Assembly (NCBI GenBank): GCA_009103225.1
Contig: RHPI01003533.1
Span: forward strand, 153,474 to 217,473
DNA: 64,000 nucleotides
Source: Chlorokybus atmophyticus
Taxonomy: Eukaryota; Plantae; Mesostigma and Chlorokybus algae
Reading direction: 5' to 3'
The notes beneath the pieces were generated by a model. It was not told the origin of the DNA. It was given only the letters and a program-made list of their open reading frames with translations, and did no database searches. Of this stretch, positions 1 to 14,001 are shown one piece after another; the stretch's first letter is position 1; the number at the start of each line of letters is the position of its first letter. A program made the position numbers and the translations under genes.

Positions 1-278
1 TGCGCCTGTTTACAAGTCCATGCTGGCACAATATGGGGATAAAACCTTGAGGCGACCATGCAACTCCCAGTGGCAAACATAACAGATGATACATTGGAGC
101 CGCCTTATTCATTGCCCCGGCAGCAGTGTGCAACACTCAAAGTAATACAATCTGGATTTCAGTACAATTCCCAACAGCAACGTGTGACCATGTGGTACAC
201 TGAACACATTATCCATCGCATTGTTGTACACTACCCAGCCGCACGGTGCATTCAATGGAGTCAACAAACAATGACTGA

Positions 279-1973
279 TCACTTGCTACTGCTGTTATTG
301 GCAGTGTTGCCGCCATTACTACTCATAAACCTCGCTCGAGCAGCCGCCATACTCTGCTGAAAATCTCCCACTGTTGCCTGCGTGAGCAATGACCATGTAA
401 GCCATACATATAAACGCATTGCAAACATGCACATGAATGTGCTTGCTGTAAGTATGCTTGAATCGCAATCCGCTGTGACTGTGCATGCCTCATCCTCCGG
501 TGCATGCCTGTGAGTGCGTGCGTTTGCGTGCATGCTTGCGCGCATGTGTGCATGGGTGTGGGCGTGCTTGCCAGCATGCATGTGTGTGCTTGCAAGTGTA
601 TGCGTGCATGCTTATGCATTGAGTCCATGCTCTATGGGCTATACATATGCACATAAAGGCTTGTGCCACCCTCACAAACTGAAGTTTGTAACAACAGTAG
701 TTCAAACACTTACCTGGAGTGGAAGTTTGGAGTTGCCTCCCCACACCGACCCGCCGTCAGCCGTGCTGTAACTTACCGTGCGCTCTGCATCATGCATGTG
801 CAACCATTGTACATCTTACATAAGGCCGTGCTGTGAGAGATTGCTAATTAACAACCGCTTGAGTAATAGGAGCAAATGTGGCTCACCTGACTCAGGTATT
901 GAAGAGTCATTGCACGCATTGGTAGCAGCATTCCAACCTGCAAGCCCCAGTGTTGTTATTTCGAACAATTAGCACCGTCAGCAATAATAAGTGCTCAACA
1001 TGTATCATGCAAGCTTGCGGCAGCATTTCTCTTGCTTACGTTCTTTTGTGAATCGCACGACCTCCGCGGTGTTGAACCCGGCGTCCGCGGCCTTGTCGGT
1101 AGAGACGTTGCTGTTGTTGACGCCACTGCTGTTGTTGCTGGAGTTATTGGGGTTGTTGAACGATGGTGAGCGCTCGGGACGCCCGTCACCTGTCAATTGA
1201 TACAACCCATCAACTGCTTGGTTCTCGATGTTCCTGACAGAAACCTTTTTCACAATGGAAGGCCACCATGGTTCCCGTGGTGGCCTTACATTGGCCCATG
1301 GACATGACGGCCAGAGTCTCGTGAGTTTCAATATATTGTGCCTAAATGTCCCAAGCACTGTGCTGTCCCTTAGGCACAGCACTCTTCTTGGAAACAGTTG
1401 CCACAAAACAGCTTTCGCGAACCATCTGTTTGCTTGCTTGCGTATATCAGTGTTGGTCTGCTTGCTGAGCTGTTTATTTGTTTGTTTGTTCATGTAGATG
1501 TCTGGTTTGATGAAGGGCACACTACCTCGGCCTCTTCCTCGCTGGTTGTATCCGCCCCTTCCACTGTGAGAGATGACAAACAAAGGGAGAGAATTCAGCT
1601 GCAAGACCAACACCACAGTCTTACAACAAATAGCCATCCCTCATCTTAACAAGATGTCTCACGAAGACTAACATGCAGACCACAAGCTCAAGACAACACA
1701 CAGCAAAGAATATGCACAAACTACAAATGCACTATGTCACAAGGAGACACAGCACACTTTGTGAATTGACAACTAAAGCCAGAAACAAGCGCAAGCGAGC
1801 CTCAGAATGCACCCAAACGAACCCGATTGGCATCCAAAAAGCGTTTCAACAACAACCCAACCAAACACATACCCCAATGAAACCAAGAAGGCAAGCACAG
1901 GAAAGAAGACCAGAAGCACGAAACAAACAAACAATCAGTGCGCTTACCGCATGCCTCGCTGGTCGTGGTCCAT
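279..1973 (-). CDS. Small spliced hypothetical protein with an RGG-rich N-terminus
   Basis: Phase-consistent GT-AG exon chain: MDHDQRGMR|GRGGYNQRGRGR|GDGRPERSPSFNN...GFNTAEVVRFTKE|RWNAATNAC...|...ATVGDFQQSMAAARARF...SSK*. One internal junction is unresolved and no family was recognised. Confidence 0.45.
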
Positions 1974-2315
1974 ATATTGTCGGGGGCGTGTGGCAGGAAA
2001 GCGAGCCCCCCTCCGGCGCTCAGACTGTCATGATGACTACTGCAGCTCAAGACCCTACCCTACAAAACTACACCCACGACGATAACGCCAACGACGCCGT
2101 CGTCGCCGCCGCCGCTGCTTTGTCGGTTAGCGGTGGAGCGTAACGGTTTACGTAACAGAGTTACGGTCGTGAACCACACCACTCCAAGTTAATTGACTGA
2201 TTCGTTGGGTTCGGAATGAACTATCATGAACTAACAAGCAGTTTAGTTCGATAAGTCACTTTGTGCGGTTGTTGAGTTACGGCAAGCGTCATTAGCCGCC
2301 GCTGGCCACGGCGAC

Positions 2316-4920
2316 ATGCTGCCACGTGGCGCCTGGGCGGCGGCCACCGCCGCGCGGCGCTTCGGGGGGCTGCCTCGTGGCGTACGGTGGCTCAGCGTCT
2401 CTGCCGGCGGCGGCGGCGATGTGGGCGGGGAGCTTGGCATTGAGCACCTCAGCGGCGAAGATGAAGGTTCGTTGCTAGTACATTCTAACGGCCAAATGGA
2501 CCACAAAATGGCAGATTGTTTTCTTCCTCAATCTCAGAATGTGCTTGCGTTTACTCAATGCTTGGTCAATGTGTGTGTTTGTTGGGAATGATTGATCGCT
2601 GTTTAGATAAATGCTTTCCGCGTATGGTGCTGCTACGTGAGCGGCAATGGTCGTGACACCTAATGCATGAATTGTCTTTCTAAGTTGCATTCATCAACGT
2701 GTGAAAGCAAAGCCTCTTTGTTGTTGGCATGTCCTAGTCGTGTTCTGTTCTTCCTCGCATACAGGCTTCAATGAAAAAAACCAAGCGCGCAACCTCCTGA
2801 TCAGAGAAAGGTCTCTCTATAGCGTATACACACGTACGCGCATGCGTGTGCGCGGTTGGTCGGTTGGGTGCGTGGGTGGGTGGGTGACTGGCTTAGGGTT
2901 TGGTGTTTCACTTTGCTTGCTACAGATGGACTGATTGACTGACGAAGTCGAGCACTCACCCACCCACCCACCCACTCACTCCCACACAGGCATCCAGGTC
3001 TGGTCCCTCCGTCGCCCCTCCTCCCGCAACTCCCTGGGTCGCGTTCTCGTGGGCGAGCTGGGTCGCGCCGTGGAGTCGGCCGCGGGGGACGCGAGAGCGA
3101 GGGCCGTCGTGCTGAGGAGCGGGGTCGAGGGGGTCTTCTGCGCGGGGGCGGACCTCAAGGTGTGGGTGGGGTGGGTGGGTGGGTGGGGAGGTGTACCTGG
3201 GTTATATGCTGTGTGAATGAGTGTGGGCGCGCGTTGGAGAGCAGCGTGCCGTGTCGGTCGGTCTGTCTCTCCTTGCGTGTAGATGCGTGTGGTGCGGGTA
3301 TTGTTTCCAGGGGCGGTAAGTCTGTGTGCGTGCACGTGTGTTCAAGGATGCGAGATGTGCATTGGGAGCCGCTATTGCACAAAGTTGGTTGTGGCCCTGC
3401 AGCCCAGTGTTGGCACACTTGGTGTACTAATATCATCCTTTGCCTCTGTAGGAGAGAAGGCAGATGATCGAGGATGAGACAGTCAAGTTTGTCAACAAGC
3501 TGCGAAGCACCTTCAGCGCATTGGAGGTTGGCAGCTTCACGTGTTCGCACATGCAACCGCACACACGTGCACGCACAAACATCTACGCACACACAGCAAC
3601 ATGTCCCCACTCAGGCTTTGCCAGTGCCGACAATCGCTGCAATGGACGGGCATGCCTTAGGGGGAGGATTGGAGTTGGCGCTCGCATGCGACATGCGAAT
3701 AGCTGGTGCGCGTGTTGAGGCTGTGACGCAAACACTGCTTGCATGTGCTTATGTTGTGTCATTACGTGCTAAGCAAGGCGTATTACACAAGCAGGTGCAT
3801 CGGCAGTGCTGGGCTTGCCCGAAACCAGTCTTGCAATTATCCCCGGGTAATCAAGCGTTTGTTGGCATGCATGCACACATGCGTGTATTTAGTAAGTGTT
3901 TAAGTGTGCGTAAGCGTTTGTTGTTGTGCGTGTACACATGTGTGCAGTAAGTGCCTACATGAGTTGTTTGGTGTATTGCTTTACTAGAGCGGGTGGCACG
4001 CAGCGGCTCGCAAGGTTGATTGGAATGGCGCGAGCGAAGGAGATGATATTCACCGCGGCAAGGATATCCGCACAGCAGGCAGAGGATATCGGTATATTAA
4101 TTGAGCTTTGCCCAACTTCAAGTTGTTAACTGCAGCAGCTTACTGATACATTATCTCTGGCAATGACAGGCTTGGTGAACTACTGTGTTCCTGAAGGCAC
4201 TGCATTTGAACGGGCGCTGCAGATAGCTAAACAAATAGCACAACAGGTACTGCACCTACACCGACACCTTTCTCCCTGTCAATCTCGGTTTGTCTCTTCT
4301 TTGCATGCACGCCAGTGTGCGTTGCTGCCAGTTAATATTTGCATGCAATGGCACGTGCGTGCATACCTAGGCGGTCACGCTTATGTATAGGCACACATAC
4401 ACGTCTGAACATGCGCCCGCAAACGCATGGGGCGCACTCGCATGCCAGCGCACTTACATGTGTGCGTGTTCATGTCACAAGGGCTTGGCATTCAAGGTAA
4501 CGTAGACTTTTTGCAGGGGCCATTGGCTGTGAAGATGGCAAAGCTGGCAGTCAACAGAGGTTGTGAGGTAAGTTTACACTTCACATTGTGGCTAAGTATA
4601 GACACTATCTACCCTGCTCCCACCAGTACCAGTAGTCATTGAGTATACAGTAACTGCATCAATGTACCAAACAGCACTACGCTGATTCAGCAAGTCTCAA
4701 GCTCTCCAGTACTGTTCCATTGAGCAATAGGGGCCACAAGCAGTGTACTGACGTGTGACTGTGGCATAGTTTATAATACGTTCTCATATAATAGGTTGAT
4801 CTGGCCACTGGTCTTGTTATAGAAGAGAGCTGTTATCAAAGGATCATCCCCAGTCAAGACCGGCTGGAAGGGTTGGCCGCATTTGTTGAGAAGCGAAAGC
4901 CCAAATACATTGGCAAATAG
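2316..4920 (+). CDS. AUH: Enoyl-CoA hydratase/crotonase family, methylglutaconyl-CoA hydratase-like, probably mitochondrial; about 9 exons
   Basis: Crotonase motifs across exons: [93 protein letters not shown]-terminus is Arg/Ala-rich like a transit peptide. Stop TAG at 4918-4920. Confidence 0.9.
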
Positions 4921-5829
4921 CCAAGGTATGTGCCATAGCCAAGCTGTACAGGTATTGCTCTGAAAGGATGTCTGTGTAGGTAGGTAGTAGTATCGCCCTG
5001 TATACAATTGCAGAAGTATATGTGCAGTGTGGTGGTAGAAGCCAATGTCAGCCGTGTGCTACTGGGGGGATGGCCCCTACTCTCACGAACAGGCACTTGT
5101 TATCCTGCATGCTAAGCAAATTCATGTGGTTGCAGCACAGCCATACATGACAACTACCTGGTAGTCACACAAAAATACTTGGCAGCTATAACCATATCTG
5201 TGCGGACCAAACCAACAACTCAAATGCGTCATCATATATGCCGCCCACACTTGGCAGTTGCTAAGGTGTGGTGCTTGTGTGTCAGGTATGCCAGCTATTC
5301 TCACCGCTGCTAGTGCCCTGCCTCCTCCATTGACTGCTGCCAAGCCTTCTGTGCTGGAATTTGTAAAAACTGATCAATTCTTGGGGAGCCTGGCCAGTTC
5401 TTTGCTCTTGCTTTTGCTGTGGTTGCTTGCCAGCGTTTGGCTGACTATTGTGGTCGTGTGCTTGTGCTGCTGCTGCATGCCCACACACATGCTTGCTACA
5501 TGTTCGTGGCTGATTCACGAACATCACTGAATGCACACAGCTTCAGCTTATAAGCATGACAATCTTGAACAGCGTAGTTCACATGCTTTTCTTGCCTGCA
5601 CATGACAAGCACTCCAGCAGATATTGAAGTGGACCATTGACAAAAGATGTTGCAAGTGAATAACACCTGTACAGAGTTCAACAAGCTCCACCAAACATGC
5701 AAAGCGCCTCTACAACTCTACACTCTGTAAATCACCAATCACTAACCTATGCACAAGGCTGACAGCAACGCAAGATGCTGACATCGTCTATTGAGTAAAG
5801 ACGCTGGTTTTTACAACTGCTGGTATTTT

Positions 5830-8078
5830 CTACGCCACCTTCTTCTCCTTGGTGGGCACATGCGCATACTCGCCCTTGGCAGCATGCTCCTTGCTGCGCA
5901 CCTCTGGGTTGGGATGGGAAAACTCTGTCGACAACAGATGACCGTACCGGAAGACGAACAGCCACATTGACAGAAGACCCAGCCACACCTGCGAAAACAC
6001 ACGCACATATGTCAAGGGTGCATGCATGCCCATAGCGGAATTCAAATTCAATTCAGATTTGTACGGCGCGTGTGCAAGTGTGCACGCGTGTGCAGCGCAA
6101 ATGGACTCACCAGGAATGTGTATGGGCGCAGAGGTTCGGGCATGGCAAACACTTCATTGCGGTAGTATGGTATCACGCTAATCTCGCCACAGACCACGAT
6201 GGCTGAGAGGACTGCGTTGGCCTGCATTGCATGCTTGTTTGTCAGAAAAGTTATTCACCAATGAGTGAACTGCTGTGGACGATGTTGACATGCACGTTGT
6301 AACAAATGTCACATGGACACATGCATGCACAGTGTTGTACTTGTGCGCACCATAATGAGAGGCTTCAGGTTCCGGAAGAGGATGAACGCAGTCAGGTTTA
6401 GGGCAGACAAGCTCAATGCGACCACCTTGGGGATGAAGTAGCCTCGCTCGTGCTCAGCATTTACCACAGCGCTTGAGAGGAAGAGACCCTGTTTGCGTCA
6501 CAGACCAATGTCAGATTGTTATATACGTGTGCATGTGCACCGACACAACAATGTAACTGACCACCTCACCTGGATGGTCAGGAGGATGTGAAGGATGATA
6601 TCGCGCTCAAGGAACTTGGTGCGAAGGTACGGGCCGCCCAGGACAAGAGTCAGCAGCTTGAACATGGACAGTGTTGCAATGCCAACCCAAACCCAAGCCT
6701 GACATATTGACACAAAAAGTGAGTTGACTGCAGTTACTTGACAGGAACTATGCTTCAACTGATGCAAAACGGTCGCAACCTGAATGTTGGGTGCTGCGCG
6801 AAGCGCATCAAGCGCAAACTTTCCGCGATACCGGAACACATCACTGTCCCAAAACAGGCCGTACAGTGTCGCTCCCCAGGCCAAGGTCGCATTTGCCTGC
6901 GTTATACATTCATGTTGTCAAGCCCATGCAAAGGCATTGCCCAAATTATGCACACACGCAAGTGCGTATGTATGTACATATGCATATCCTACGTCAATCT
7001 AACCAAATGCATTACACCACAAATGTACACAAACACTGTAAGGTGGCAGGCACCACCATTGCATGCATTGCTTACCACAAGTGTAACACTTGCAAGGATG
7101 TGAAATACGCTGCGGCTCTTCATGGTGGTCAGTGCAGAAAACAAGTTGGAGAAAGTGAGTGCAAAGAAGGCCAAGCGCGTGATGGGTGACGTGCGCAGCG
7201 ATGGATCGGCCAGTACTGCGAACTGGTAAAGGTACAGCCCAAACGCCGCCGCATGGATGAGAAAGTATACGCGATCAAACACCCTGCATGATGTTGAACC
7301 AAGCAATTGTCAATGCTGCTGTTGCTGCCTGAGCTTGTGACACAACAACCCTCCTTCACATTGCTTACGTGTAGTAGTCACGGTGGAGAAGCGCTTTGTT
7401 GGGATCCACTTGTTGCACTACACTGGCCAAGTCCGCCTGACCAGCCTTGTTGAGAGCTTCCTGCATCACGCCTTTTGCACTCTCAACCTGTTCCAGCAGA
7501 GGCGCAGGGGCGCAATCAGTCAGGCAGACAAGCAAGTGCGTGAAATCGAGGCAAACGCTGCTTGGCAGCGCTGTGGGTATCAAATTGCACAGTAGCAGTT
7601 GATAAGTGTAAACTCTTAGAGCGCGAAGACACCATACAACGGGTAGTTTCCTTGCTTACAGCATGAGCATAAGTGAACAGCAGACACAAAAATCAGCATG
7701 CTGAGTTCGGTAGTGACCACACAGTGTCTTACCGCTGGAGCGGCGTTGGCTGCCAGGTTTGACGCCAGCTCCGAAGCTTTGCTGGTGACTTGCTGAGCTG
7801 TCTCTACCGCTGTCTGCAACACATACACGTTTAGATTAGCGCATGCATAAGCTGTGGTTGAACCTTTGAGCAGCACGCACACCAGGGACCTTATGACCTG
7901 TGTGTGCACACACCTGCACAACGGGATGCTGCGTAGCGCTCTGAAAGACGCTGGCCGCCTGCTGCCTGGCCTTCTCGACTGCAGCATCCGGCCCCTGCTT
8001 GAATAAGAGTGACTGCTGCTGCTGCTCCACCGGCGGGCCTGCTGGCGGCTGAGTACGCGTAGCCATCGGCTCAGCCAT
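5830..8078 (-). CDS. Multi-pass membrane protein, possibly TLC (TRAM/LAG1/CLN8)-like, with a Gln/Ala-rich N-terminus
   Basis: Spliced hydrophobic exons (LFIHAAAFGLYLY, WVWVGIATLSMFKLL, RDIILHILLTIQ, VCGEISVIPYY, WLGLLSMWLFVFRY). The GEIS and FVFR segments resemble TLC motifs. The gene is clear; the family call is tentative. Confidence 0.6.
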
Positions 8079-10664
8079 GCTGCCTGCTGCTGGCTCCCTC
8101 CTACTGTACCAAGCACTCCTCTTCCACAGCCAACCTCGGGATACCCTCAGGACCCCACGGAAACCCCTCCTACCAGCCACGATGTCACCCACGCTTCCGG
8201 TAACCCCGCCGTCGACACCGCCGCCGCCGCTGCCAAGCCTGTGCACGCTGACAAGCACGCTGAGCGGCCTACGAGCTGATCTAAGCTTTGAAGCCGCCTA
8301 TTAACGGCAGTTATCGGCCATTGAGTGCTTGTTGGTATTTGCCAAGTGCACTGCAGGCTCGGCGCCTTGTGGCTCTATGAAATGGTTTAACGTAGGAAGC
8401 TTTGTAAACGGCGCGGATCAAGTCAGATTCCTGGCAATTCATTCACGTGACGTGTGCTGCATGCTATCTGATGGATATCTAGTATCTTATTCGCAGGCGA
8501 TGCCCGAGCGCTGGTCATGGTTGAAGAGTCGCAGCGCGCGACGCCGTCGTCGGTTACTGCAGGTTTCACCGAATCATGCAAATCATATTTTCATGACATG
8601 CGGGCTGTGCAACTAGCGCTGGGATGTTAAGCTTAGAAGGTCGACCTTAATTATTACAAGTGTAAATTACGTAGGTTACTCTTACACATGTAATCTGAGT
8701 TTCTTTGTGCGCCAACAGTGCGCCGCACAAGCCTGCAAGCCTTCTACACCAAGCTTCCGTGTTAGGCATCTGGTACACTCATGTGTCTATGAAAGTTCCG
8801 ACTTGTGGCAGGTAGGGAAGTTGATTTTACGCCTAGTCTACGCGATACTCGCTCTCAGCTGCAATATTACTCAAGTATCAGCCGCACAGAGCATGTGCGA
8901 GCTGAAAAACAGTCTGCGCACACCTTGCGCGGTCAATTAACACCCGCACACAAAAGCGGGGGACTTCTGAGAATGCAACCGTAACTAAAATTAAAGTCAT
9001 TTGTGTAATTTAAAGCCTCCACAACCGTGGGATCTTAAATACAATGTAAGTTAAGCACTTAATTACGTAAGCTTAATAAACCGTAACCTGTAACGTCCCA
9101 GCCTTATTTGTAGCATGCAGCATCGCAATGGCACTCATAACAGCCCTGAGCACACCACCAGCCCTACACGTCGTAGCACAGCAACACTCACCACAACACC
9201 AGGGCAAGGGGGGGCAACAATTATGATAACCTGCCAAGCACTACCTTATTAGCCCTGCCAGTGTCACTGGCGTTGGTCTAGGGTATGTTGTATATGATTA
9301 GTTTTACTCTAGGCGCCCCCTCGAGTTGCTTGCTGTTGTGTAATGCTTTTATGCTGCTTGGTTTGCAGATTGTGACTTCCACACACACTTGGCAACCAAA
9401 CGGTTTATGCCCTGTGTACATATGCCCTGTGTACAACGCTTTTGCAATGCAATGCGAGACAAGGGAAAAATTCGCATCAAGCATTTTATAAGCAATGTAA
9501 TTGTGATAACAATGACCGTAACAACAAGCAGCATAACATACATCAATAGCATATGGGCTCACATACGGTCGCTGAATCATATGCATGCTAGTTGGTTTGT
9601 TGTGGCAGTGTGTGTTGCTATTATAATTGCTGTTGCAGCTGCAGTGTAATGCCACATGTCTTGTTCTGCCTTGCCCATTGGCCCCATTTGTTGTATCATA
9701 TGCATATGCAACAGCATTGATGTAACGTAAACTAGATAGCATAGCATATCATTGTATGTCATCAAGCAAGCAAGAGGTGGAAGGATTTGCTCGTCAACCC
9801 CAAGAATTTATGCACAGCTACAGTTGGTTGTTTATGACAGTAACAATGGCGTGCTGCTGGGGCCTAACAGCCACTCAAGCAGCAGTAGAGCAGCACGTGC
9901 GCTCCACCTTAAGCAACGCCACAGTTCAGAACTGTGGAAGTGAGCAAGGTTTAACTGTGGCCTCTGAAGTCGTACTTTCACAAGTAAAGGATGCGCGCGT
10001 GAGATGTGGCGTGTGACCCAATGAGGCAGCAGCAACAAGAAGGCATAGTTAGCATGCCAGCATGCATGCCCATAAATGGAATTGCACGTCCTGACGCTAA
10101 TGTCACCAACCGCAACATATGTACAAAGTATACTCCCCCATTCAAAATTGCAACTGTTACATAAAGATGCTATACATCAAACTTAATGTACACATTTCGA
10201 TATTATATCGTTTAATGTCTACGCACCCAATGCTGCAGATATGCTATGACAGCACACTTGCATGGCTCAAACTTGATATTAAGCACAAGGCATGGACTTG
10301 TTGTACATAGCTTGGGTTGATTGCGACAAGCCAAGTTGCAAATACCCCACCTCTAATCTATGAGCAAGCCATGCATTTAAAATGTTGTATTTGCATTGCT
10401 GGCTGCTTATACGGCGACCGTTAGGCGGTAGGAACTCCAATGATCAAGCAGTTGCAGTTATATGAAAGAATGGATTCCATGACGCCTACAACAACTACCA
10501 GGTGACCTTGCACACTCCATACATGAGAGCATTCTCAGGCCAAAACGGACTCCACATCAGAATAGCACAGACACAACTTGTTACTCACACAACGCAGGCA
10601 GTGCACTAACCATACACACGTAAAGCTCGCCAAAACTTGCCACATGCTAGAAACTGCAAGCTCC

Positions 10665-13639
10665 CTAAGCTGCAGTGGGGAACAACTCCGCAATTCTTGA
10701 GAAGGCATTCATGACCTCTTCATCGTTCTGGTACTTCGTGATGTTCATGGGATTGGTCGAGCACTGCAAGTCAGACGCAGTCAAGTCATGTACAGTCATG
10801 TACAGCACAAGTGCAGTTAGCAAAGAATTGGCATCCCTGAGGGGCATGTGCACACCCTTTCACATGCAATGATGTGCGGAGATGGCTTACATCCATGATG
10901 GCAGCCTGGATGCGGGGGTTCTGGAATGCCTGGAAAACATCTGGGCTTTCCATGATCTTCTTCATGACGTCCTCAGGGCTCATACCCATGGAAGCAAACT
11001 GCTGAGCAAGCTCTGGCGAGTTGGGGTCAAAACTGCTCATCATCTCAGCGACTCGAGGGTCCCACTCAGAACCGTTGGGGCCCATGCCATTTAGCATGCC
11101 CTCAAGCTGTTGTCTGTACATGGGGTTGGACATCATCCACTTGAAAGTGTCTGGGTTTTGCATTTCCTGCGAGATACAGATTTCACACAATTATCGCACC
11201 CAGAAACTTCAATATGCAACTTCTGGCAGCACTGCACCGGAACTAGCAATGTAATCAGTGCTCACTTTAGGCAAGTATGGGTACATCATCTTCTGCACCA
11301 TGGGGTCTTCCAGCATCTTCTCCAACTGTTCCATTGTGAACGGAGCTTTGCCAGTTGTGCTTCCACTGGTGCTTCCGGTTGTGTTGTACTGCCATTGCCC
11401 ATTGGTTGGGCCTGTTCCATCCTCCACTACCTCTGCATCCTGCAAGGCATAAACCGAAAAGTGTAACAGATGCATGTGCTGCTTAATCACCAAGCGTATT
11501 GTTCAAGGTGCATTGCCACAGAAAGCCAGTGCAGGCCCTTGAAGAGACGCGCACGTTCCACTCGCAGACACAACAGCTGTCAATGCCGTGAGCCTCCAGT
11601 ACTCGAAGATGGCAGGAGCAATACCTTGAAGAAGGATCCCTTTTTTCTTGTTCGTTCTGACTCAGACTCGGAAGTTTGTGACGTCTGTGGTTGCGACTCA
11701 GCTGGCTTGGAATCCTTGAACTCTGCAGCGCTGCACAACAGAAAACCCTTAAGCTCAACAATGAACTACACGATAAATGCGCATTGCTGACAAGGAAGTG
11801 TGCGTAATGCAGATGTTGGCATGTTACACATTCTGCTCCAAGGCCTCAAGCTCGCGACTCACGCTTTGGGACCCTCTTGCCCGCCAGTTTTAGCCGCTGA
11901 AGGAGAGGAAGCTGTGGTTGTGGAGGTTGAGGTGCCGGCAGTGCTGCCTGATGCCGCTCGGGTACTGCTTCACATTCAATGGTCAAGAGCATACGACAAA
12001 CAGGGGTGGCATCGTCTTATTATTCTTTCAACCTGTCCAGAACAATGCCTCAGCATCTACTCAACAGCAGTGCACGTACCCTGAAGAGCTGGGTTGCGCT
12101 TGGGGGAAGGGAGGCATGCCGGGCATGCCGGGCATACCAGGCATGCCCGGCATCCCGGGCATACCAGGCATCCCGGCACCTGGCATGCCCTGACCTTGCA
12201 TCATTTGCTTCATCATGTGAGCCATGGCTGCGCGCTGCAAATGGTACCACATAAGCACAAAGAACTCTGCCTTTGCGTAACTCACTCATGGAAAAAGAAT
12301 CCTTCACATGCTCACCGCAAGCTCATCTTTCTTCTTCCCCAAAAACACCGCTACCTGTGTCCAAGTCATGCAAGACAGCTCAGTATTGAACACTGAACGA
12401 AACAGGCATGCAATGCAAAGAGTGCCATGTCCACAAGCATCCTTACCCGCCAAATGACAAAGGAAACTGCCATACCGACACCCACCCAAACAACTGGAGG
12501 GTAGCTGCGACAAGACAAAGCTGTCATGCAATCCACAATGCCAACGCCAGAAGTCACTTGCAACATACATGCTCCCATCGACACACCTGGAGTCGGATGA
12601 CGATGATGGTGGCGGCGGTGGCGTGCCTGCAGCCACGCTTGTGGTCATAACCTGTGCAATTTCACCTGCGTCCGTCCAGTGAGAGTCCATCTCAATACTT
12701 GCATGCCTCACGGCCGATAATATATGTTGTCGTACATCAAGACTAAAAAGACAACACGACATGTTGAGTTCTGTACAATGCACAAGGAGCACAGAGCTGA
12801 ATATGCTATCCCAGATCTCCACTTATCTATGCACCGGAGAATTAGGCAACTGCTGCACACGAGCTTGTGCAGATCCTCAGTACGCCGGTGCATGCACTCC
12901 AAGCAAGCAACGATGGCCAATTTTACGAACAAGAATGAGCAATGCAAACACTCCCTGAAGAGCACTTGCTAGATAGGAGAGGGTGCTCTGGTGGGTAAGC
13001 AAAGCATGTGATACGCTCTGTTTCCCAGGGCGTGCACACGGCCTGGCATTGTATTGTCTGAGGGGCATGCGGCAGCAGACGCTTCAGTCAACCCTACGCT
13101 ACTATCGGTACAATGATATGACACGCATGCATAGCGTACGCTTCGCCTACCCTTACAAACTGGACTTGACAAGATGAAAGCCTGCAAGTGGTTGTCTGAG
13201 GTGCATGTGGCAGCAGACGCTTCAGTCAACCCTACGCTCTACTATGGGTACAGTGATTAGATACGCATGCATAGCGTACGCTTCGCCAACCCTAACAAAC
13301 TAGACTTGATGAGATAATGGCCTGCTCGTGGTTGTGCATGCACAGGTGTTGAGACTTCAAACGAGGCAACCATGTACGGAAGTGCGTCGTTTCTTGCAAA
13401 CAGCACACACCAGGGTTATCGCCTGCCGATGCTCCGGCCCTAGCCTCCACGCGTAACCTCCGCCCGCAAGAAGCCAACCGCCCCATTCGAAGCCTCGCCG
13501 GCAGTGGCATGAGCGGTAAAACTCGTCGCCAACCATGCAGCCTGCGCTCCCCATCCCGATGAGCCGCAGCAGCAGCAGGCACGCGACACCTCCAGCTCGC
13601 CGCTAGCGGCGTTCCCACGGACGCACTAGCCGAAGCCAT
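10665..13639 (-). CDS. TIC40: Chloroplast inner-envelope translocon component Tic40
   Basis: Transit-peptide-like exon 1 and a GMP repeat. C-terminus matches the Tic40 Sti1/Hop-like region: LEKMLEDPMVQKMMYPYLP, EMQNPDTFKWMMSNPMYRQQLEGML, AFQNPRIQAAIMD, CSTNPMNITKYQNDEEVMNAFSRIAELFP. Confidence 0.92.
13054..13330. repeat. Two-copy tandem duplication (period about 138 bp) in TIC40 intron 1
   Basis: TTGTCTGAG...GGCAGCAGACGCTTCAGTCAACCCTACGCT...CGCATGCATAGCGTACGCTTCGCC occurs from 13054 and again from 13192. Confidence 0.85.
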
Positions 13640-14001
13640 GCCGACCGCAACGCGGCACCACACCTTCGCCCCCACCACCCCCGCCGCCGCCGCCGCCGCC
13701 TACACCGCCAGCCACACCCACCACATCACCGCCGCCCCGCCAAAACCCCCAAACCCTAACGCGCACAAACTGCACCACTTCTTGTGCGCCACGCACTAGA
13801 GTCGCTTTGCACACACAACAACATGCACACAACAATGTGTCACAACCGACACACACACACACGGAGGATCACTGATCCTGGATCATGGTCAAATCTCCCT
13901 TGATTGGCATATCTGCGGATCTGTGGGGCTATTCTGGGTGAAATGGAGGTGGGCGGCATGGGCATGGTGCATGGTGTTTGGCGGCGGCCGCATGTGTGTG
14001 C

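Noticed and set aside
13865-13900. TPP-riboswitch-like CTGATCCTGGATCATG upstream of the TenA gene
   Set aside because: The 5' GGG...CTGAGA arm and the 3' GCG.AGGGA segment of the aptamer are absent.
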